From Bacteroidales bacterium (GTDB taxonomy: Bacteria > Bacteroidota > Bacteroidia > Bacteroidales > WCHB1-69), in NCBI GenBank assembly GCA_017962275.1, contig JAGCVQ010000073.1, forward strand, positions 4,543 to 68,542: DNA of 64,000 nucleotides, in the 5' to 3' direction. This document shows, piece after piece, positions 57,894 to 64,000 of this stretch. The notes beneath the pieces are model-generated. The model had not been told where the DNA came from. It saw only the letters and a list, made by a program, of their open reading frames with translations, and searched no databases. The translations under genes were made by a program, and so were the position numbers. Within the stretch, counting starts at the first letter, position 1; each line of letters opens with the position of its first letter.

Positions 57894-59435
57894 TTCGTTT
57901 TCCCGCTTCTCAATTCTTTTCGCCACCCCGATAGCACCTGACGGACAAACCAACCGGCATAGGTGGCAGCCGACACATTTCGTGCCTATCAAATGTGGCT
58001 GGCGACTCTCTGCATCGAAAGTGAGGGCCTGATGTCCGCCGTCACGGCAGGAGATGTAACACCGCCCGCATCCGATGCATTTCCCGTGGTCGAACACCGG
58101 CAGGACTTTCGTGTCGCGGTCAAGGTCTGAGGCTGGCACAAACGACGGCACCATTTCGCCCACAATATCCTCAAGATGCTCAATACCACGTTCTTGCATG
58201 TAGGTCTGCATACCGGAGATGAGGTCGTCGATGATGCGGTAACCGTACTGCATGACGGCGGTGCACACCTGCACGTTGCGACATCCTAACTGCATGAATT
58301 CCAGAGCGTCACGCCACGTTTCAATGCCGCCGATACCGCTGAATTCTATATTTTCGTTTTTCGGCAGTCGGGTGTTGCTTGCCGGCAACGATTGGGCAAT
58401 ATTGACATCCTCTTTGTTATGCTGTCGGTTCACAATCGGATTCTGCGCCATTTCGAGGATGAAGCGCAGGGCGATGGGCTTCACGGCACGTCCTGAATAA
58501 CCCGAAACGGTCCATTTATCACTGACTTTAGCCTCTGGCGACATCGTCACGCTCTTGATGGTGTTGATGGCCGAGATGGCATCGGCACCGGCAAAGTAGG
58601 AGGCTAAAAGAGGACGGTTCATTTGCGTGATGTTGGGCGTCATTTTGGGAATGACGGGAATATTTACGTGGTGTTTCACGTAAGATGTGTAGTACGCCAC
58701 GAGTTCTGTGTCCTGTCCCACGTCGCTGCCCATGCCCGCCAGACGCATCTGTGGACACGAATAGTTCAGCTCAATGGCGTCACAGCCGGCATCTTCGGCC
58801 ATTTTCGCCAAAGCAATCCAATCCTCCTCAAACTCACCCATGATGCTGGCCACAATCACCTTGTTCGGGTAGTTTTGCTTCAGCCGGCGCAGGATCTCAA
58901 AATCGACCTCGTAGGGATTTTCGCTCAGTTGTTCCATATTACGGAAACCGGCAAACGTGGTGCCATCTTTGATAGCGTCGAAGCGGGGCGACACCTCGTG
59001 GATGTCCTGCTTGCAGATGGTCTTGTAGAAGACACCCGCCCAGCCCATCTCCAAGGCGCGGGCCACCATGTCGTAGTTGGTGCAGATGGCCGACGAAGCG
59101 AGGAAGAACGGGTTCTCGCAGGGAATACCGCAGAACGTGATGGCGAGACAGGGGGCCGGTTTATCGGTTGTAACCACCTTGCAGTCAGCCGCTTTCAACA
59201 GTTCGCGGATACGGATTGGCCGGTCGTAGTGGATACAGGCCTGTTCGGCGCGTTCGAGATCGGCGTCGGTGCAGCCGGCAACCCACTTTCCGGCATTTTT
59301 CGCGTTGTTGAACCGGATGGCGCGGATGGCGCGCGCGGGATCCCCTTTCCCACAAGCCTTGGTGCAGGGCGCATCCTCGCACAGCAGACAGCGGGTCGCC
59401 TCTTCGTTAATATGTAATTGGTGCTGATTCATCAT
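57888..59435 (-). CDS. Dihydropyrimidine dehydrogenase PreA-like / DHOD-family flavoprotein with N- and C-terminal Fe-S modules
   Basis: N-terminal CLLCEDAPCTKAC, a central DHOD/DPD TIM-barrel pattern (GCDAIELNYSCPQ, SGIGGI), and C-terminal 2x[4Fe-4S] (CIGCGRCYISC, CVGCHLCRLVCP). Confidence 0.85.
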   Translation of the reverse strand: MMNQHQLHINEEATRCLLCEDAPCTKACGKGDPARAIRAIRFNNAKNAGKWVAGCTDADLERAEQACIHYDRPIRIRELLKAADCKVVTTDKPAPCLAITFCGIPCENPFFLASSAICTNYDMVARALEMGWAGVFYKTICKQDIHEVSPRFDAIKDGTTFAGFRNMEQLSENPYEVDFEILRRLKQNYPNKVIVASIMGEFEEDWIALAKMAEDAGCDAIELNYSCPQMRLAGMGSDVGQDTELVAYYTSYVKHHVNIPVIPKMTPNITQMNRPLLASYFAGADAISAINTIKSVTMSPEAKVSDKWTVSGYSGRAVKPIALRFILEMAQNPIVNRQHNKEDVNIAQSLPASNTRLPKNENIEFSGIGGIETWRDALEFMQLGCRNVQVCTAVMQYGYRIIDDLISGMQTYMQERGIEHLEDIVGEMVPSFVPASDLDRDTKVLPVFDHGKCIGCGRCYISCRDGGHQALTFDAESRQPHLIGTKCVGCHLCRLVCPSGAIGVAKRIEKRENES

Positions 59436-59475
59436 AAAAGTTTTTTGTCAATCAGATTGATATAAATTGAAAACG

Positions 59476-59483
59476 CAAAATTA
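59476..59483 (-). promoter_or_regulatory. -7 box TAatTTTG for the PreA-like gene
   Basis: 41 nt before the start at 59435. Confidence 0.45.
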
Positions 59484-59588
59484 GTTTTTTTTCAATAGTA
59501 AATCAAAAAAAATCCGCATGTCTGCGATTTTCGTTCAACAAACAGCCAGTTATTCCGCTATATGAAAAGCGCATATCCTCGTTTTGTG

Positions 59589-59596
59589 TACTTTTG
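59589..59596 (+). promoter_or_regulatory. -7 box TActTTTG for the zinc-ribbon/CAT-like/membrane operon
   Basis: 28 nt before the ATG at 59624. Confidence 0.5.
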
Positions 59597-59623
59597 CCGC
59601 GTGAATAATCAGTTAAGAACAAT

Positions 59624-60214
59624 ATGGAAAAAGAAATGAATTTTTGTCAGAGCTGCGGAATGCCGCTCACCCCGGAGATCCTCGGCACCAACGCCGATGG
59701 CAGCAAGAACGAAGAATATTGCATCTATTGCTACAAAGACGGTGCCTTCACGGGTGATTTCACTATGGAAGAGATGGTGGAATTCTGCGCGCAGTTTGTG
59801 GAGGAATACAACAAAAACACCGGTCAAAACCTCAGTCGTGAAGAGTACAAGGGCGTGCTTCGTCAGTATTACCCCAATCTGAAACGCTGGCAACTGCCCG
59901 CCGACCAACTTCCACACGCCACTTCGCCCATCAAACAGCAACTCATTGATGAAGTCAATGCACTAGGCATCAAGGATATGCCGCATATTGACAACCTCTT
60001 CGTGTTGCAAGGCTCTTTTGTCAATATGGAGTACACCATCAACGGCAACAAGGTGAAATTGCTCGATGATAATGCCACCTATTGGGGCAACCAAGTGGAA
60101 AAAGGCGATGGCCGTTGCTTCGGCATCGCATGCGACGAACACTGCATCCTCGTGAGCGAATATGGCAAGGATGGCGCGGATGCCGAGCTGGTTGTATTCA
60201 AAAGAAGAGGATAA
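59624..60214 (+). CDS. Zinc-ribbon domain protein
   Basis: NFCQSCGMPL...GTNADGSKNEEYCIYCYKDGAF is the 'putative zinc ribbon' pattern. A TAATG junction joins it to the next gene. Confidence 0.7.
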   Translation: MEKEMNFCQSCGMPLTPEILGTNADGSKNEEYCIYCYKDGAFTGDFTMEEMVEFCAQFVEEYNKNTGQNLSREEYKGVLRQYYPNLKRWQLPADQLPHATSPIKQQLIDEVNALGIKDMPHIDNLFVLQGSFVNMEYTINGNKVKLLDDNATYWGNQVEKGDGRCFGIACDEHCILVSEYGKDGADAELVVFKRRG

Positions 60215-60831
60215 TGAAAACCGAAATACAACCCCAAGAGACCAAGCGGGCGTTTGCCTTTGAGATGTGGATGACGTCGCCGATGCCGATGGTGACGCTC
60301 ACCAAGACCTTTGATGTGAGCCGTATCCACAAGATTTCCAAACGAAAAGACCTGAAATTCAATATGCTGCTTTGCTGGTGCATCGGCAAGGCGGCCAGCG
60401 GGATGGAAGAATTCTACACCCTGCCGGAACAGGGCAAGATGTACCGTTACGACCGTATGGCCATCAACGTCATCGTGAACAACAGAGCTGGCGGCATCAA
60501 CTCCTGCGACATCCCCATTTCCGAGGATTTGCAGCAGTTCAACCGCGATTACATGGAACTGACCTCCAAAGCGGCGGCGGAATGCGAAAGCAGCTTCCTT
60601 GAGGACCACATCATTGTCGGGACATCGGCGATGGTGCAAACGGAGCTCGACTGTTTCGTCAACCAATACACCGAAAAGTTCCTCAACCCGTTAGTGATGT
60701 GGGGCAAGTACCGCAAAAGCTGGTTCAAAATCACCTTGCCCATCTCGTTCCAGTTCCACCACGTGCAGATGGACGGCGGGGATGCCGCGAGGTTTTTGGA
60801 GCGGCTGCAACAAACCATTTACGCGCTATGA
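60214..60831 (+). CDS. CatA-like (chloramphenicol acetyltransferase-like) O-acetyltransferase
   Basis: ISFQFHHVQMDGGDAARFL is the CAT catalytic HHxxxDG motif. The start is set at the ATG at 60214; the track ORF begins upstream inside the previous gene. Confidence 0.8.
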   Translation: MKTEIQPQETKRAFAFEMWMTSPMPMVTLTKTFDVSRIHKISKRKDLKFNMLLCWCIGKAASGMEEFYTLPEQGKMYRYDRMAINVIVNNRAGGINSCDIPISEDLQQFNRDYMELTSKAAAECESSFLEDHIIVGTSAMVQTELDCFVNQYTEKFLNPLVMWGKYRKSWFKITLPISFQFHHVQMDGGDAARFLERLQQTIYAL

Positions 60832-61283
60832 GGCTGCTCAAACATTACCGTTTCGGCTTTGACCTGTCGGGGCTAATCCTCTTCCTGTTGGTGATGCTCC
60901 CGAACTTCATCTGGTTTGCCGTCCCTGCACCAAATGATGTTTTACGAACAGAATCGGTCACGCCGGTGGTGGATGTCATTGCATCCATTTGCCAAGTCCT
61001 GACCGTCGTCTGCCTCTGCTTTCTTATCAATGAAGAAAGAGGTAAGCTACGTTTCTCACCGTTGGTTATCGCCGCAGTCGTCTGTGTTGCAGTCTATTAC
61101 CTAGGCTGGGTGTTGTACTATTCCGGCATCGCCAACGCATGGGTCATTCTCCTGCTGACCCTCCCGCCCTGCTTGGCGTTCATCCTTTTCGCCGTAGACC
61201 GTAAGAACCTCCCGGCGGTGTTGTTCGCTTCGGTATTTGCGGTAGGGCATTTGGTTTTTGGGGTGGTGAATTTTGTGATTTGA
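60828..61283 (+). CDS. Hypothetical membrane protein
   Basis: ATGA overlap with the CAT-like gene. 151 aa with 4-5 hydrophobic helices. Confidence 0.55.
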   Translation: MRLLKHYRFGFDLSGLILFLLVMLPNFIWFAVPAPNDVLRTESVTPVVDVIASICQVLTVVCLCFLINEERGKLRFSPLVIAAVVCVAVYYLGWVLYYSGIANAWVILLLTLPPCLAFILFAVDRKNLPAVLFASVFAVGHLVFGVVNFVI

Positions 61284-61287
61284 CGAA

Positions 61288-61345
61288 ATTCGTCACCAGC
61301 TTGGTGACGAATTAGAGGCTGCAATTCGTCAACGACTTGTTGACG
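61288..61345. repeat. Two adjacent hairpins sharing the core TTCGTCA(C/A)C
   Basis: AATTCGTCACCA-gct-TGGTGACGAATT has a 12-bp perfect stem. TTCGTCAAC-gactt-GTTGACGAA has a 9-bp stem. Both lie between convergent genes and may act as terminators or a protein-binding site. Confidence 0.75.
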
Positions 61346-61369
61346 AAAAAGGGATATTTACACTCTGTC

Positions 61370-62143
61370 TTATTCTTCATTCCCGTTTTCTAACGGCATC
61401 AAATCAATAATGCTCCCGTTGCATTGCGGAAAGTTTTTGCAGACAATCTGATCAAAATCGTCATCACTACGGTATTGTGGACTCATCCTGATAGCCTTGA
61501 CATACCTATATTTAAATCGATCACCGCAATGCAAACATTCCACGGTTTCCTCGAGTGAGAAACCTAATCCTTTTTCTTGATGGTCTTTAATGGCGGCCAT
61601 TTTATCTTGCTCGTTAAGTTCGATGTACATTTCTTCAAAATTTAAGTTGTTATTATTTGGGGTTAAATTGACTGGCGTAGAGTTCCATTTCTTTGCCAAA
61701 TCGATTCGATAAGGAATAAAATCACTGCGATGTTCATCGGAGTTTAGAAACACCTGCTTGAATATTTCAAGTTTCATTTCATTATTAAATGAAGTATTGT
61801 TCATGTCTTCAGCTTCGGCGATGTACCAATCCCATTCTTCAATACTTATTTTATGGGCATTGTCAAACAGAAGATGTGCAAGTTCCAATTCTGCTGAGGT
61901 TGCTTTCAATAAGGTACTCCAGTTTGAAAATCCAGCAACTTTAGCAATGACATGTTGAGCATTCATTAATGTGAAACTAAAAGATGATTTGTCATCGTTT
62001 AATTCCAAATCAAGGAAAATTCCTCCAATGTCAAAAAAATTAGGGCTGTACTCGTAAAAACCTTCCTTGGGGTTGAAATAACGAGTTTTGTAATCTTTTA
62101 GAAGATTCTTAGCTTGAAGCTTAAAATACTCAATGTGGTCCAT
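61370..62143 (-). CDS. Hypothetical protein with a C-terminal Cys4 zinc-ribbon-like motif (AT-rich islet)
   Basis: 257-aa clean ORF in AT-rich DNA. The C-terminus reads CLHCGDRF...VCKNFPQCNGS (CxxC...CxxxxxC). Confidence 0.6.
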   Translation of the reverse strand: MDHIEYFKLQAKNLLKDYKTRYFNPKEGFYEYSPNFFDIGGIFLDLELNDDKSSFSFTLMNAQHVIAKVAGFSNWSTLLKATSAELELAHLLFDNAHKISIEEWDWYIAEAEDMNNTSFNNEMKLEIFKQVFLNSDEHRSDFIPYRIDLAKKWNSTPVNLTPNNNNLNFEEMYIELNEQDKMAAIKDHQEKGLGFSLEETVECLHCGDRFKYRYVKAIRMSPQYRSDDDFDQIVCKNFPQCNGSIIDLMPLENGNEE

Positions 62144-62473
62144 AATGTTTAATCTTTATTATGTGCCAAAGCTTTTATCTATAAAATAACCCGTACCTTT
62201 AGTGACAAAAACCATGACACTTAGGTTAAACATTAAACCCACGAGTGGTATGATAAAATCTTCGCACGGGCAGCAGGCGTTACCACTAAAACCGATGGCA
62301 AAAATATAAAAGTTTTTAATACGTCGACATTCATACTTGAAGGTTTTAATAACATGGGTGCGTTAACTTTTTCAAGGTTAGTGTAAATCTTTGATAATAT
62401 ATGAATTATGACGTTTGTCAATGAACTCGATATGAAATCATTTGGTGCAAGGCGTGTTGGAAACACGCAATCC

Positions 62474-62511
62474 TAATAACCCCACACTAAACAAAGTGCA
62501 GTGTGGGGTTA
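62474..62511 (+). repeat. TAATAACCCCACAC-N13-GCAGTGTGGGGTTA hairpin element (copy 2)
   Basis: Read directly from the sequence. Confidence 0.8.
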
Positions 62512-62611
62512 CGATGCGCGTGCGAGAAACTGCGTGCCAGAGGCACGCTACCTCCAGATTCGCAAATAGTAGCGTGTCTTCGACACGCCATCTACACTCC
62601 GCTGCCGCCAC

Positions 62612-62657
62612 TACCCCACACTGCGCTCCACTTCGTTACGCTGATGTGGGGTTATTA
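62612..62657 (-). repeat. TAATAACCCCACA-N20-GCAGTGTGGGGTA hairpin element (copy 3, inverted)
   Basis: The reverse complement of TACCCCACACTGC...TGTGGGGTTATTA matches the family consensus. Confidence 0.75.
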
Positions 62658-62751
62658 TGATAGCGTACCTCCGGCACGCCACGTCTGTGTTCCAATTCCT
62701 TCAATGTGATTTGTCGAATAAATTATTTTTGGCTACAACTCGTATTTTTTG

Positions 62752-62759
62752 TATGTTTG
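62752..62759 (+). promoter_or_regulatory. -7 box TAtgTTTG for the flavoprotein gene
   Basis: 31 nt before the ATG at 62790. It sits inside a 10-bp inverted repeat, TTGGCTACAA...TTGTAGCCAA. Confidence 0.45.
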
Positions 62760-62789
62760 TAGCCAAAAATACGGTAAACAGAAATAACA

Positions 62790-63329
62790 ATGAACATTCT
62801 CATCCTTTCCGGCAGTCCGCGCAAGAACGGCAACACCGATTTGTTAGTAGAAGCCTTTTCCAAAGGCGCTTCAGAGAAACATCACGTGGAGGTCGTTTCG
62901 GTACACGACTATCATGTGCATCCGTGCATGGGGTGCAATGCGTGCTTCACGAGCGAGGGGAACACCTGTGTGCAGAAAGATGATATGTCGCTCATTTACG
63001 GCAAGTTAGCGAACGCCGATATGCTCGTGATTGCCTCGCCGGTCTATTTCTACGGCTTGAGTGCGCAGCTGAAGGCCGTCATCGACCGCTGCCACAACCT
63101 CATCCGAGACACGTTCCACATCCGGAAAGCCGCCCTCCTTTTGGTTGGTGCTGCCTCGCTGCCCGAACTGTTCGACAGCATCCTCACCCAATACCGGCTC
63201 TGCCTCAACTTCTTCCACATCGAAGACGCGGGTCACGTGCTGGTGCGCGGCGCGAAAGAGAAGGGTGGCGTTCGGGACACGAAAGCGATGGAAGAGGCGG
63301 AGGCGTTGGGAAGGGCGATAGCACAATAA
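62790..63329 (+). CDS. Flavodoxin-like NAD(P)H-dependent FMN reductase / iron-sulfur flavoprotein-type protein
   Basis: MNILILSGSPRKNGNTDLLVEAF...CMGCNACF...ADMLVIASPVYFYGLSAQLKAVIDR. Confidence 0.8.
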   Translation: MNILILSGSPRKNGNTDLLVEAFSKGASEKHHVEVVSVHDYHVHPCMGCNACFTSEGNTCVQKDDMSLIYGKLANADMLVIASPVYFYGLSAQLKAVIDRCHNLIRDTFHIRKAALLLVGAASLPELFDSILTQYRLCLNFFHIEDAGHVLVRGAKEKGGVRDTKAMEEAEALGRAIAQ

Positions 63330-63374
63330 ACCTCATCCCATCTCGTTTACACTATCGTTTGAAACCGTTTTGCG

Positions 63375-63725
63375 ATGAACAATACTCTACGCATTATACT
63401 GAAAGTCCTGATGGTCATCACGTGGGTTTTGATGATGGCGTGGTATATAACCCTTCTCCTCACCCTCGTGCAGGCGTATCGCATGTACGGAAATATGACC
63501 ATCAGTGAAGTTCCGTACCCTTCTCCCATGTTCCTAATTTGTTTAGTGTCTGGATTTTACAATTTTCTTGTGATGATATTCTTGGGATTTCCTTTGAATC
63601 TTTGGAATATGATCCATGAGTTTAAGCTCAAGAAGATCAGCACCCTTTTAATATCGGCATGTTACATTCTACTTGCCCTGGTATTCATTATCATCTGGTT
63701 TTACCTCTGGACGTTTATTGATTGA
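63375..63725 (+). CDS. Hypothetical small membrane protein
   Basis: 116 aa with 3-4 hydrophobic helices and an ATG start. Confidence 0.5.
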   Translation: MNNTLRIILKVLMVITWVLMMAWYITLLLTLVQAYRMYGNMTISEVPYPSPMFLICLVSGFYNFLVMIFLGFPLNLWNMIHEFKLKKISTLLISACYILLALVFIIIWFYLWTFID

Positions 63726-63730
63726 TGGTC

Positions 63731-63785
63731 AGCCAACAGGGAATAGGCAAAAGGCAAAAGGCAATAGTCAAAGTTAAAGTTTAAA
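63731..63785. repeat. Heptamer array, AGGCAAT family
   Basis: AGCCAAC AGGGAAT AGGCAAA AGGCAAA AGGCAAT AGTCAAA GTTAAA GTTTAAA. It fills the spacer between the stop at 63725 and the start at 63789. Confidence 0.85.
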
Positions 63786-63788
63786 AAT

Positions 63789-64000
63789 ATGACCGAATTC
63801 GACAATTTGAAAGGACTCCGCCACAGCGAACAGTTGGTGGTGGAGCATAAAGACACCGCCGCCGTGTATGGCTCCGGCGCGTTGGAGGTGTTCGCCACCC
63901 CCGCGATGATTGCCCTCATGGAGAAGACCTGTCTTATGGGCGTATGCGACAAAATCGGTGAAGGCAACACCACCGTCGGCATTGCGGTGAATATCAAGCA
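63789..64000 (+). CDS. Hotdog-fold thioesterase-like protein, N-terminal part only (runs off the right edge)
   Basis: Not in the ORF track. My translation is [52 protein letters not shown]..., which resembles the fluoroacetyl-CoA-thioesterase-like hotdog family. It stays open to the window end. Confidence 0.65.
   Translation, partial: MTEFDNLKGLRHSEQLVVEHKDTAAVYGSGALEVFATPAMIALMEKTCLMGVCDKIGEGNTTVGIAVNIK

Noticed and set aside
62233-62466. A 77-aa minus-strand ORF upstream of the AT-rich gene.
   Set aside because: I see no promoter box, signal or motif. It lies in AT-rich non-coding-looking DNA and may be a fragment, so support is insufficient.
1-64000. tRNA, rRNA, tmRNA, integrase or transposase genes, riboswitches.
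   Set aside because: By eye I found no T-loop/acceptor patterns (GGTTCGAATCC-type), no rRNA-like stretches, no recombinase motifs in any ORF, and no riboswitch consensus that I recognise. A covariance-model scan would be needed to exclude small RNAs.

Overview
This is a chromosomal segment from a Bacteroidota (Bacteroidales-like) genome. The taxon call rests on TAnnTTTG -7 promoter boxes about 20-30 nt ahead of most start codons, no Shine-Dalgarno usage, a T9SS type-B sorting domain, GH20 hexosaminidases and an Rnf complex. All product calls come from motifs I recognise in the translated ORFs; no database search was possible.

Gene content is mostly housekeeping:
- translation, nucleotide and repair functions: queA, gmk, hflX, hemW, ogt, sbcCD
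- energy metabolism: rnfDGEA
- peptidases of families U32, S41, C69 and M28
- two GH20 enzymes, MscS, and a VTC/DUF4956/DUF2490 cluster

Small accessory islets interrupt this backbone:
- a toxin-antitoxin islet at 9.1-13.6 kb, holding AbiEi plus an AbiEii fused to WG repeats, then DUF1294 and HipBA
- a DUF4160/DUF2442 pair at 28.2-28.7 kb
- an AT-rich islet with HicAB and an unknown 363-aa protein at 54.7-56.6 kb
- a second AT-rich gene at 61.4-62.1 kb
- scattered drug-modifying-type genes (Ere-like esterase, CAT-like acetyltransferase, two GNATs)

The most unusual signal is non-genic. At least 19 loci carry degenerate short-period tandem arrays, mostly exact heptamers with some 6-, 8- and 11-mers.
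- They fill intergenic spacers from stop codon to start codon.
- They belong to a few word families that recur in both orientations: GTTCAAG, ACGTCTC, ATCCATT, CAGTGAA, AGGCAAT and GGTTACA.
- Units morph stepwise from one word to another along a single array.
- Some arrays run into the 3' ends of genes.
- One array sits in frame inside the U32 peptidase gene as 9 x 7 = 63 nt.

Two hairpin or palindrome families are also present. One is the 28-nt GTAGAGACGCAAAATTTTGCGTCTCTAC palindrome, with one copy in frame inside a YcaQ-like gene. The other is a TAATAACCCCACAC...GTGTGGGGTTA hairpin.

I saw no rRNA, tRNA, CRISPR array, integrase or transposase.
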